A DNA stretch of 64,000 nt from Planctomycetota bacterium (GTDB taxonomy: Bacteria; Planctomycetota; UBA1135; UBA2386), in NCBI GenBank assembly GCA_965223545.1, contig OZ245006.1, positions 1,760,001-1,824,000 of the forward strand, written 5' to 3'. The stretch's first letter is position 1. Each line of letters begins with the position of its first letter. Positions 7,535 to 17,900 of this stretch are shown here, in pieces. Below the pieces are notes generated by a model. The model worked only from the letters and a program-made list of their open reading frames with translations. It was not told the origin of the DNA and did no database searches. Position numbers and translations under genes: made by a program.

Positions 7535-9472
7535 ATGACCACCGCCCACGCCCGAACCGGCGACCACCCTTCTTCCCTGCAGGCCCGTAGCGTGCCGTTG
7601 TTCTCGTTCCTCGCCCTCGCCGCACTCCTGTCCACGACCCCGGCCGCGCAGAACAGCGGCGTCGACTGGGCCCGCTATCTCGGCGGGCCCGGCAACGACT
7701 TGACCGGCTGGCTCCACGGAGTCCATACCATGCCGGGCGGCGACGTCCTGGTTTGCGGGGGAACCGACGGCGGCTTTCCCCTGGCACCACAGTCCGCGGG
7801 CTTGACGGACTCGGTCATCGTGCGCGTGTCCGCCGACGACGGCACGCTGCGCTGGGCGGTCACGCTCGGTGGCAGCGCCAACGACAGCGCACAGGGCCTG
7901 AACGGCGATCCGACGGGTCAGTGGATCTACGTGACAGGGCATACCGATTCGGCCGACTTTCCGGTCACCGCCAACGCCGCCCGGCAGGTCCACGCCGGTG
8001 CGACCGACATGTTTGCCGCCATCCTCGATGCCCAAACGGGGGCGTTGGTCTACGCGACCTTCCTCGGCGGCAGCGATATCGACTACGGCATCGATATCAC
8101 GCCCGACGGCAGTGGTGCTCGCGGTCGAGGATTCTGGCTGTCGGGGCAATCGCAATCCAAGGACTTCCCCGTCGGAGCAAGCGCCTACCAGTCGGCCCTG
8201 CGCGGGTTCAACGACATGGTGTTGGCACGCATCGACCCCGACACACCCGGCGCTGGCGCGATCAGCTATGCGACCTATCTCGGCGGTTCCAGCAGGGTCT
8301 GGAACCTGGGCGACTTGCACGTCGATTCCGCCGGCATCCTCACGACCTCGGCAGAGACCGAGTCCGCGGACTTTCCGACGACGTCCACGGCCTTCCAACC
8401 GGTTGCCAAGTTCACGGCGGGGTCCGGCTCCTCTGACGCGGTCATCATCAGGCTCGATCCCGGCCTGCCCCCCGCCCAGCAGCTGGTGTGGGGAACGTAC
8501 CTCGGGGGCAACGGCTTCGACAATGCGAATGCCCTGCACGTGACGGCCGCAGGCTTGGTCACAGTGGGTGGCTTCACCCGGTCCACCGACCTGCCGACGA
8601 CAGCGGGAGCCGTCCACAGCAACTATCGAGGGGGAATCGACGACGGCTACGTGGCGCAGCTCGACCCCGCGCAGACCGGCTCCAGTCAGCTTCAGTACCT
8701 GACCTACCTGGGTGGAAGCCGCACCGACGGTGTCAACGACCTGGTCGTCGACCAAGGCGGCATGATCACCATCTGCGGGAACGGCAACTCGCCGGACTTC
8801 GCGACGACGTCAGGCGCTTGGCTCCCCGCGGCGCCCGGACCGGGCACGACCGCCGCCTACGTTGCCAGGATCGATCCCGACGCCGTGCAGGGACGAATCC
8901 TGTACGCCACCTACGTCGGCGGAACACAGCGCGACACCCTGGGCACCAGCATCGCGCTCGACCCTCTCGGCGGCGTATATGCCGTCGGGCGAACACAAGC
9001 GCCGGATCTCCCGGTGACCGCCGGGCCATCGTTCGGGGGCGGTTGGGACTTCTGGATCGCGCGCCTGAACCAGTTGCCGGCGGGGGCCGCGCGCTGCGGC
9101 GACTCCACCCCTTCGTCGAAGGGACCGAGCTACATCGGTGTCAATCGGCAACCGGTGGCCGGCGACCCGGGCTTCTCGATCCTGGCGGGAGGTGCTCCGC
9201 ATTCGTCCGTGTGTCCGACGTTCGGGGCTCTGTTCTTCGGCGCCCCGAACTGTGGTGGCACGCAGGTCCCGCAAGGGCTGACCCTCCACCTCCAGACGTC
9301 GATGCCAATGTTGGCCGTCCCAACCAACCCGGTCGATGATCTGGTCGAGCTCAACCTCCCGCTCGCCTCAACATGGGGCGGCCTCGGCGTCGCGTGCCAG
9401 TTCGTGTGGTTCGAACCCTGCCCCGGCAACACCTTCAGCGCGACCAACGCGCTCCTCGTCACCGTGCAATAG
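7535..9472 (+). CDS. Secreted SBBP-repeat beta-propeller protein
   Basis: Repeated YATYLGGS..D / G.T.S.DFP.T motifs; signal peptide ending PAAQ. Confidence 0.88.
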   Translation: MTTAHARTGDHPSSLQARSVPLFSFLALAALLSTTPAAQNSGVDWARYLGGPGNDLTGWLHGVHTMPGGDVLVCGGTDGGFPLAPQSAGLTDSVIVRVSADDGTLRWAVTLGGSANDSAQGLNGDPTGQWIYVTGHTDSADFPVTANAARQVHAGATDMFAAILDAQTGALVYATFLGGSDIDYGIDITPDGSGARGRGFWLSGQSQSKDFPVGASAYQSALRGFNDMVLARIDPDTPGAGAISYATYLGGSSRVWNLGDLHVDSAGILTTSAETESADFPTTSTAFQPVAKFTAGSGSSDAVIIRLDPGLPPAQQLVWGTYLGGNGFDNANALHVTAAGLVTVGGFTRSTDLPTTAGAVHSNYRGGIDDGYVAQLDPAQTGSSQLQYLTYLGGSRTDGVNDLVVDQGGMITICGNGNSPDFATTSGAWLPAAPGPGTTAAYVARIDPDAVQGRILYATYVGGTQRDTLGTSIALDPLGGVYAVGRTQAPDLPVTAGPSFGGGWDFWIARLNQLPAGAARCGDSTPSSKGPSYIGVNRQPVAGDPGFSILAGGAPHSSVCPTFGALFFGAPNCGGTQVPQGLTLHLQTSMPMLAVPTNPVDDLVELNLPLASTWGGLGVACQFVWFEPCPGNTFSATNALLVTVQ

Positions 9473-9510
9473 CGCGCCCCGAGCGCAGATGGCCGGAACT
9501 CGAGATCACC

Positions 9511-10155
9511 TCAAGACCGCTCCTCGAGCGCAGCCAACAACCGCACGCCCGCACGCGTCAGAAGATGACGAACCGACTTCTCGCTCCGCCCCATGCGCTC
9601 GGCGATCTCGCGCCGGTGCAGCCCTACGAACCGCGAGAGGAGAAGGGCTTCGCGGTAGTCCGGTGGCAACGCGTCGACGGCTCGTTCGAGGCGGGCTGCC
9701 TGCTCGTTGCCCACGGCTTGCTCGCTGGGACTCGGCTCGAGGGCGCACAGGTTTGCGTAGAGTCGACTCGGTTCGCTGGCCTCGCTCTGACCGACCGCGT
9801 CGACGTGGACCTCTCGCGCGACGTCGCGCTTCTGCGCTCGGTGGAAGTTGCCCTTCTGTCGCACCTTGTTCATGGCTGCCGTGAACAGCCACGCCCGAAA
9901 CGAGCCCGCGCCGCGATACTCGAACCGCGGCAGGTCTTCGAGCACCTCGCGGCAGACCGACTGCACGACGTCGGAGCACGATTCCCTCACCCGAACCAGT
10001 GGGTCGAGCTGCAGCCGCACGAACGCGCGCACGTCGCTCAGGTGTTCGGCGATCAACTCGTCGATCGCGCCACTCTCGCCACACTGTGCGGCCGTGACGA
10101 GGGCTCTGGTCCGAGTCGCTGAGAGGCTCGCCGAGGATTCGGTACACTCGTCCAC
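9511..10155 (-). CDS. ECF sigma-70 factor (kinase-associated planctomycete type)
   Basis: RESCSDVVQSV, FRAWLF, PSPSEQA, LPPDYREALLL...EIAERMGRSEKSVRHLLTRA; start codon approximate. Confidence 0.9.
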   Translation of the reverse strand: MDECTESSASLSATRTRALVTAAQCGESGAIDELIAEHLSDVRAFVRLQLDPLVRVRESCSDVVQSVCREVLEDLPRFEYRGAGSFRAWLFTAAMNKVRQKGNFHRAQKRDVAREVHVDAVGQSEASEPSRLYANLCALEPSPSEQAVGNEQAARLERAVDALPPDYREALLLSRFVGLHRREIAERMGRSEKSVRHLLTRAGVRLLAALEERS

Positions 10156-10196
10156 CCACGCATAGCTATCGCGTCGAAGCGCAGGTGACAACCCGC

Positions 10197-13100
10197 ATGA
10201 ACCCAGCTGAACAGGATCCGGTGGATGCCCTGCTGGAACAGTGCTTGGACGAACCCGCCACCGACTGGAAGCGCCACATCGATGAGCTCTGCGCCGCGAA
10301 GCCCGAGGCCGCTGCCGAGCTTCGCCGCCGATTCGAGAAGCTGATCGCACTCGGGCTGGTGGATCCCGCAGCCCTCGATGACACAGCCAAGAGCCCGGAG
10401 CGCGTCGGCCACTTTCGGCTGGTGCGCGCGCTGGGCGGCGGCGGGATGGGAGTGGTCTACGAAGCCCACGACGAGAAGCTCGATCGTCGCGTCGCGTTGA
10501 AGCTGATCCGCGGCGACCACCTCTGGTTCCCCACGTCGAGGCGGCGTTTCTTTCGCGAGATGAACGCCGCCAGCCGGCTCGACCACCCGAACCTCTGCCC
10601 GATCTACGAGGCGGGCGAGATCGATGGTGTGCCCTACCTGGCGATGCGCTTCGTCGACGGCGAGACCCTGTCGGCTCGGCTTGCGCGGCGTCGGGGCGAA
10701 CCGCACGGGAGGCAACGAAGCGGGGTCCACTCGACCGGTGCCACGGACGCCGAAGACATCCGGCGCGTGGAGACGATCGCGCGCGCCCTGCACATGGTGC
10801 ACGAAGCGGGGCTCGTGCACCGTGACGTGAAGCCGAGCAACATCATGGTGGCCCGCAGCGGCGAGCCGGTGCTCGTCGACTTCGGTCTCGCCCGGGACGC
10901 GAACGCCGAGGCCGCTGCCCTGACGGTGTCCGGCGAGCGCCTCGGCACTCCCGCGTACATGGCGCCGGAACAGGTGACGGGCAACGGGAGCACCGACCGC
11001 AGGGCTGACGTCTATGCACTCGGCGCGACCCTGTACGAGTGCCTCACGCTGCGGACACCGTTCGGCACGCCCTCCCGCCACGTGCTCTACCAGAGAATCG
11101 CCAACGAGCCCGTCCCGAACCCGCGAAGATACAATCGCCGGATCGGCTCCGACCTGCGGGTCGTCATCGAGAAGGTGTTGGCGAAAGACCCCGCGGATCG
11201 CTTTGCCACCGCCGAGCTGTTCGCCGACGAGCTGGGCCGGATCCTCGACCACGAACCGATCCACAGCCGCCGTCCGTCCCTGTCGTTGCGCGCTCTGCGC
11301 TGGTGCCAACGCAATCGAGCGGCCGCCGGAATCCTCGCCGCGACAGCCCTCGGGCTGGTCGCATCGCTCGTGCTCCTGCGCGCCACGTTGCTTTCCGAGC
11401 AGCGCCTGCTGGCAATCGCCTTCCTGCAAACCGCGGACGAGGCGCAGCAGCGGAATCCCAAACTGGCATTCCGCTACGCGCGCCACGCGCTGCTCATGCA
11501 CGACGACCCTGAGATGCGGGTGATGGCGCGCGTCCAGGAATTGATGTTCGAGCTGCGAGAAAACACGGTGATCGACCGTCGCGCTTCGAACAAAGCCGAC
11601 TTCTCCCCGGACGGCCGGTCCTTGGTCGTCAGCGGCCCTGGGACACCGCCGATCCTGCTCCGGCGTCGCGCCGACGGTTGGCGTTCCATCGCGCTGGACA
11701 CGGACTGCCGCGGCGAGTTCAAGCGGGGCGCCGTCTGCCAGTTCACCCCGTCGGGCGACGAGTTCGCGATGCGCGGCCTGCTCTCGGGCAGGATCCACCG
11801 GTTTCGGGTGACCGACTCGGGGGCTCGGACGCTGCCGGTGCCGGTCCCCGAGGCCGCGCCTCCGCTCTTCGCCATCCGCTATGACGCCGACGCGAGCCGC
11901 GACCGGTTTCTGGCGGTGTACAGCGAGTGCACCGAACTGCGCTCGCGTCGGTCGGGTGAGTTGATCCGCCGATTCGACCAGCGCAGCGATCGTCCGAAGT
12001 GGATCGAATGGTTGGACGCCGCGTTTCTCCCGGGCGGCGAGATCGTCGCAGAGGACCGAGTTTGGAGTGCGGACGGGAGCGAGGTCATCGCGACCTTGTC
12101 CTCGCCGCACAAGATCGACCACGTTCTGGTGGCGCGGGACAACTTCGTCACCGGAAGCTACGACAACCGACTCCGCAGCTACGCGTTTGGCGGCGCACCG
12201 ATCGGCGAGCTGCTGTGCGAAGTCGAGGGCTCGGTGCCGTGGAGGGGTGACGACCTCGAAGTGTTCGCTGGCGGCAGTCGCATTCTGGCACGCGCGGGCC
12301 TCGGCCGGCCATCGCGTTTCTGGGTGCTCGACGCACGATCGCTGGAGATTCTCGAGCAGTACTCCGCCGGCGGCGACCCACACCACGTGCGCGTCTCGCC
12401 GGACGGCCGGCGCATCGCCATTGCGTCGGAGACCGGCGAGATTCGCATCCTGGACATCCACGGCACCCCGGTGGATTCGCTCCGCGGTCACGAGGAAGTC
12501 ATGGAAGTGACCTGGTCGCCACGCGGCGACGAGTTGGTCTCCGTCGGCGGCCACACCACCCGAATCTGGAGCTTCGCGATGAAGTCCGGAGTGCCGGGGC
12601 TCCGGGGCCTCGGCAATCCCGACATGACGATTTCGCCGTCGGGTCATGAGGTCATCGTCGTCTCGGATCGAGAGGGCGCCTTTCTGCTTGGCGACGCCTA
12701 CCGGCCGCTGCCCACCACCGCCACTCTACCGAGCGGGATCGCGGTGCCTCAGATTCGGCACGTCGACGAAGACTCCGTCGTAGTCGGTGGTGAGCACACC
12801 CTCGGGATGACCCACTGGACCATCGAGACGAACGCTCACGTCACGCTCCGGCTCCCACCGCAAACCGTCGCGGTCGGTCAATGCCCGCCGGTGCTTCTTG
12901 CCGACGGCACGATCGTCTTCGTCAACGAGATGCAGCGTGCTCACACCTGGCGCCCCGCCACGGACCAGACCCAGCAGATATCCAACGACTTCTGCACCGA
13001 TCTGGCGCTGTCTCCCGACGGAACGCGGATGGCTCTTTGCGGCGAGGGTGGGGTGCGCATTCGCTCGACCATCGACTGGAGTCTCCAGCAGCGCATCGGA

Positions 13101-13535
13101 ACCGAGGGTGGGGTCATCCTGTGCGCCCGCTGGTCGCGGGATGGCCGCTTCTTGCTGATCGGCGCACTGGACAAGAACGCCTACCTGTACGACACGCAAT
13201 GGCCGGATCGAGCTCCCGTCCGGTTTCCCGGCCATCAGGGACGCGTCTGCAGCGTTGCCTTCGGCCACGACCACGCCACCGTCGCCGCGGCGTCGACGGA
13301 CGGCACGATTCGAGTCTGGAGCCGCGACCCCGATCCCCGCCCCATCTTGCACCTGCGTCACGAGGGCGTCCGCCGCATCGCGTTCACCCGAGCGGGCCGC
13401 CTGGTCAGCGCCGGCTCGGACGGCACCGTCCGGTGGTGGTGTACGGAGGCCGATTCGCTGCGGAACGTGGTCGCTGCCATCGACCTGCCGGGGCTGACGC
13501 GAGACGAGATCACGCGGGTGACCGCTCGGCAATGA
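10197..13535 (+). CDS. Ser/Thr protein kinase with TM helix and WD40 repeats
   Basis: GGGGMGVVY, VALK, HRDVKPSN, DFGLA, GTPAYMAPEQ; GH...DGTIRVW repeats. Confidence 0.95.
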   Translation: MNPAEQDPVDALLEQCLDEPATDWKRHIDELCAAKPEAAAELRRRFEKLIALGLVDPAALDDTAKSPERVGHFRLVRALGGGGMGVVYEAHDEKLDRRVALKLIRGDHLWFPTSRRRFFREMNAASRLDHPNLCPIYEAGEIDGVPYLAMRFVDGETLSARLARRRGEPHGRQRSGVHSTGATDAEDIRRVETIARALHMVHEAGLVHRDVKPSNIMVARSGEPVLVDFGLARDANAEAAALTVSGERLGTPAYMAPEQVTGNGSTDRRADVYALGATLYECLTLRTPFGTPSRHVLYQRIANEPVPNPRRYNRRIGSDLRVVIEKVLAKDPADRFATAELFADELGRILDHEPIHSRRPSLSLRALRWCQRNRAAAGILAATALGLVASLVLLRATLLSEQRLLAIAFLQTADEAQQRNPKLAFRYARHALLMHDDPEMRVMARVQELMFELRENTVIDRRASNKADFSPDGRSLVVSGPGTPPILLRRRADGWRSIALDTDCRGEFKRGAVCQFTPSGDEFAMRGLLSGRIHRFRVTDSGARTLPVPVPEAAPPLFAIRYDADASRDRFLAVYSECTELRSRRSGELIRRFDQRSDRPKWIEWLDAAFLPGGEIVAEDRVWSADGSEVIATLSSPHKIDHVLVARDNFVTGSYDNRLRSYAFGGAPIGELLCEVEGSVPWRGDDLEVFAGGSRILARAGLGRPSRFWVLDARSLEILEQYSAGGDPHHVRVSPDGRRIAIASETGEIRILDIHGTPVDSLRGHEEVMEVTWSPRGDELVSVGGHTTRIWSFAMKSGVPGLRGLGNPDMTISPSGHEVIVVSDREGAFLLGDAYRPLPTTATLPSGIAVPQIRHVDEDSVVVGGEHTLGMTHWTIETNAHVTLRLPPQTVAVGQCPPVLLADGTIVFVNEMQRAHTWRPATDQTQQISNDFCTDLALSPDGTRMALCGEGGVRIRSTIDWSLQQRIGTEGGVILCARWSRDGRFLLIGALDKNAYLYDTQWPDRAPVRFPGHQGRVCSVAFGHDHATVAAASTDGTIRVWSRDPDPRPILHLRHEGVRRIAFTRAGRLVSAGSDGTVRWWCTEADSLRNVVAAIDLPGLTRDEITRVTARQ

Positions 13536-13538
13536 CGC

Positions 13539-14132
13539 TCAGTCTTGGCCGCTCTCAGCTGTCGCCGACTGGGCGGTTTCGACCGTCCCCCGAGGCTGCT
13601 GCGGCAGCGCCGTCATGGTCGTCCCCTGCCCACCAGCCAGCGGCGAGAAGTGCGCTGAGCGGACGACCCAAGCATCGTCTTCCTTGACGAGCACTTCGGT
13701 GACCCGCGTGCAGTATCGCGTCACCGCACTGCTGCCGGCCGGCTCCATCACTCCCTCACTGTAGTAGTGGGCGACGACGGCCTTCCCCTCGACCAAGGTC
13801 GTGACGTGAATGTGCTTCGGCTGCAAGCTGAACTGCTTGAAGCGCATCTGCGGCATGCCGCGATGCACCTCGTTCAGCAATCCTCCGCTCGACCAGAACT
13901 CCATCGCGCCGCGGCGCGAGATGTGCGATGCGTCGGTAGTCTTGTCGCGACGGACACGCGCGCTTCGCTCCATGATCAGCTGCTCGATCTCCGCTTGCGC
14001 GGGATCATCGCTCGGGGTCACGGTCGCGGTCGAAGGCGTCGGAAGCGGCGCCGTGGCCGCCGTCGGTAGCAGCGGCTGGATCCCGACGCAAACCGCGGTG
14101 AAGAGAGAAACGGCGAGGACTGGGTTGAGCAC
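13539..14132 (-). CDS. Secreted NTF2/SnoaL-like (DUF4440-like) protein
   Basis: AGGAG RBS before GTG; signal-like N-terminus; TRVTEVLVKEDDAWVVRSAHFS. Confidence 0.75.
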   Translation of the reverse strand: MLNPVLAVSLFTAVCVGIQPLLPTAATAPLPTPSTATVTPSDDPAQAEIEQLIMERSARVRRDKTTDASHISRRGAMEFWSSGGLLNEVHRGMPQMRFKQFSLQPKHIHVTTLVEGKAVVAHYYSEGVMEPAGSSAVTRYCTRVTEVLVKEDDAWVVRSAHFSPLAGGQGTTMTALPQQPRGTVETAQSATAESGQD

Positions 14133-14299
14133 TGAGGGTCTCCTGTTTGGCTGTGTCGGGCGGCGACATGCCGCTCGAGGACCCTTCGGCACGGGCCACC
14201 GGGTCCAGTCGCTGTGGCGCGAACTCGCCCTCGACTGAGTCAGGAATCCCCAGAAAAAGAGCCGCGAATTCGTGAGTCGATCGCCGTGGCCTTCCGCCA

Positions 14300-14860
14300 C
14301 TACTGTCGCAGACGCCGCTGCAGCCAGGCCCGCGCGAACGCGAGATCCCTGCCCACGGTGCTGCGCGAGATCTCGAGATGCTCCGCGATCTGATCTCCCG
14401 ACATCCCACCGAAGAAACGCAGCTCGACGATGCGCGCGTGGCGCTCGTCGAACGCCGCGAGTTCGCTCAGCGCTTCGTCGAGCGCGGCAATGTCGACCGC
14501 TCCGCCGCCCTGATCGTCGACGAGTGCGCGCACCGTCACCCGCTCACCCTTGTCTGCCCCCCCGCGCTTTTCCGCACTCGCGGCGCGCGCGTAGTCGACG
14601 AGCACACGCCTCATCGTAACTGCCGCAGCGTCGAGAAAGTGCAGGTGGCCCTGCGCGCCGGCCTTCTCCGCGTCGACCAGTCGCAAGAACGCCTCGTGGA
14701 CGAGCGCCGTCGGTTGCAGGGTGTGCGAACCGCGCTCACGACGCATCATTCGATTCGCCATCGCGTGCAGCTCGCCGTACAACGCCCCCATCAGCTTGGC
14801 GCTGGCACGCTCGCCAGCGCCCAGCTGGCTGAGGATCGAGTTGAAGTCGTGGGTCGTCAC
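14300..14860 (-). CDS. ECF sigma factor, TIGR02999-type (phosphorylation-activated class)
   Basis: LYGELHAMA...HTLQPTALVHEAFLRL...MRRVLVDYAR...KRGG...IVELRFFGG...ARAWL. Confidence 0.93.
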   Translation of the reverse strand: MTTHDFNSILSQLGAGERASAKLMGALYGELHAMANRMMRRERGSHTLQPTALVHEAFLRLVDAEKAGAQGHLHFLDAAAVTMRRVLVDYARAASAEKRGGADKGERVTVRALVDDQGGGAVDIAALDEALSELAAFDERHARIVELRFFGGMSGDQIAEHLEISRSTVGRDLAFARAWLQRRLRQ

Positions 14861-14906
14861 GCCGAATCGACGATACTTCGGACTCGCCCCTGGTGCCTGG
14901 TAGAAC

Positions 14907-17900
14907 ATGGACCCGAAACGGTTTGCTCGACTCCGCGAGGTCTTCGCCGAAGCGCGTGAGATGCCGGTCGAACGTCGCGCGGGCTTCCTCGACGCGGCCT
15001 GTGGCGACGATGCGGAGCTGCGCGAAGAAGCCGAGGGGCTCCTCGCCGAGGATGCTCGCCAAACCGGAAACGCCGTCGACCGAGCGCTTGCCGACGACGC
15101 GGTGTTCACGCCGGCCCCGAGTACGCGGCCCACTCAGATCGGTCGCTACCGGATCCTCGGGATTTGCGGCTCCGGCGGCATGGGCACTGTCTACGAGGCG
15201 GAGCAAGACTCCCCGCAGCGACGCGTAGCGCTGAAGGTTCTCCAATCGGAGACGCCGCTGCCGGACCTACTGAGTCGCTTCCGGCGCGAGGCGGAAATCC
15301 TGGCTCGGCTGCATCACCCGTGCATCGCACAGATCTTCGACGCCGGCGAGTTCGATCACGACGGAGTGAGCCGACCGTATCTCGCGATGGAGTTCGTCGA
15401 CGGCTCGCCGCTGCTCTCCTTTGCGGCGCGGCACCGGCTCGATGTGCGCGCGCGCATCGAGATCTTCCTGCGCATCTGCGACGCGATCCAGTACGCGCAC
15501 AGCCAGGGGATCGTGCACCGCGACCTCAAGCCGGACAACATCTTCGTCGTCGAGTCGAGCAGTGGGAGCGCGGCGACGACGTCGCCGATAGGACAGCCGA
15601 AAGTGCTCGACTTCGGCGTCGCGCGCTTCGCCGATGCGGACCGGAAGATGACCATCGCGACGGGCGCGGGCCAGCTGCTCGGCTCGGTTCCGTACATGAG
15701 CCCGGAGCAAGCGGTCGGCAGCGAGCGCGTCGGCACGCTGAGTGATCTGTATTCGCTCGGCGTCGTGCTGTTCGAGCTACTGACCGGACGGCTGCCCTAT
15801 TCGGTGCGCAACCGCCCACTCGCGGACGCGCTGTACGCGATTCGCTACGACGAGCCGAGCCGCCTCGGCAACGTCGTACCCCAATTGCGCGGCGATCTCG
15901 AGACGATCGTCGGCAAGACGATCGAGAAGGATCCGGACCGACGCTACCCGACGGTCTCGGCTCTCGCCGAAGACCTGCGGCACTACCAACAGAACAAACC
16001 CATCGCGGCACGCGCGCCGAGCACGTGGTATCAGCTGCGCAAGTTCACGCAGCGAAACCGCGCGTTGGTGGGTGGCACGGTCGCGACCATACTCGCCATC
16101 GTCACCGGCGCCGTCTTCGCCCTGATGTTCGCACTCCGCGCCAACGACAACCAGCTGCGCTCCGAGCGCGAGGCCTACCGCGCCAACATCGGTTCGGCCT
16201 CGGCCCTGCTCGAGTCGGACCCTGCGCACGCCGCCCGCGTCCTCGACGGGGTCGCCGAAGCACAACGGGGCTGGGAGTGGGCCTACCTGTCGTCGGCTCA
16301 GTCCGCGCTGCTGCTCGAGTTCGGCAGTGTCGTCGGACCGCGACGTCGCGAAGAAGTTGGCGACTTCCACAGCGCCTCGAAGCCCGACTTCGCACTGCTC
16401 GCCGAGCGCGGTCAGGTCATCGCTCCGGTGTCCGCGCATGAGTTCTGCGTGTGGGACGTGTGGACCGGCACGGTCGCGCGAACCTTGACGGCACCTGCCG
16501 CGATCCAGCGGTTCGACGCGTCGCATGATGGCAGCCTGCTCGCCGCAGCGCTCGACGACGGCCGCGTCGTCGTGACCGACCTACGTTCCGACGAAGCACG
16601 CTGGCAGACTTGGATCGAAGGAAGAGGTGAAGCGATCACCGGGATCCGCGTCGAACGTCGCGGTCGATGCCTGGCGTTCGAGGCAGCCGGTCGGCTGCAC
16701 TTCGGCCGCCCGGGCGCCTGGCACGAGGTCGATGTCGGACCCCGCACCTTCCACACACCGCCTCTTTTCGACTTCAGCCCCGACGGGACACATCTGGGCG
16801 CACTTGCGGGACCCATGCGCTTCTTCGAGGTCGCCTCCGGCCAGCCGGTCGGACCGACGATCGAGTCGGACCAGGGCCACTGGGCCATCGCGTTCGCGCC
16901 CGACGGCAAACGCGTCGCGGCCGGCCAGTATCGGCGCGAGATCCGTCTGTTCGATCCGCAGACCGGCGATTACGACGTCGAGTTGCTCGGACACAACGTC
17001 AGCGTGACCGGGGTCGCCTTCAGCGATGACGGCAGCCGCCTCGTGTCGAGGAGTCTCGACGAGACGATCCGCGTCTGGGATCTCCAGCGCGCCGAGCAGA
17101 TCGGAGTCTTCGACGCGCCCGGCACGACCGCCGTCGACTTCGTCGACGCAAACCACATCCTCTCGCTGACCGGCGGGAGGCTGCGACTCTGGACGCTGGA
17201 CGCCCGTCGCTGCCGCGAGCTCGTCGGCCACAGCGGGCACATCTACAACGTCGTGTTCTCCGGCAGCGGACGTCTGCTCGCGAGCACTGCACCATGGGCC
17301 GACATCTGTGTCTGGGATCCGCTTCGCGCGCGTCCGCTGCGCACGGCGCCGGCCGAGCGCCGTCACGTGATCGCCTTCGACCGTGAGGGCTCACACCTGC
17401 TCACCGCGTGGTTCCACTGGGCCGGCAACTACGTGACCGGAGCACCGTGGCTTGTCGAAGGGGCCGCGCAGGCATGGAAACCGACCCGGTTCGGAATCGA
17501 GATGGCCGCTCGGAACGAGTCTGTCTTGGTCGTTGACGGCGCGGATCTGGCGTTCAAAGCAAGTGGCTTGATCGCCATGCGCACGGTGCACGGGCCGAAT
17601 ACGCGCGTCTTCTGTGACGGCATGCACATCGAGCCGAACCGCACGATTCCAGCACCCGATCTCGGCCCGTATCCGAGTTTGCGGATCGGTGGAATGCACC
17701 CCTATCAGTTTGGCGGCGCGGTCGTGGAGCTCCTCGTGTTCGACGGCGCGCTGTCCGAGCGATCCTCTGCCGATCTCGACACCTATCTCGCCGAGCGCCG
17801 CGCAGGCGGCACCGGCGTACTCCCAGATCTCTCCAACGAAGGCGCCCGCCTGTTCGCCCACTTCCGTGCCAGTGCCGACACCATCGCCTGCGACGAGGAG

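Noticed and set aside
10053..12647. Long antisense ORFs (also 32302-34200, 53971-56346, 56448-58055 and others)
   Set aside because: Shadow frames of real genes, expected at this GC content
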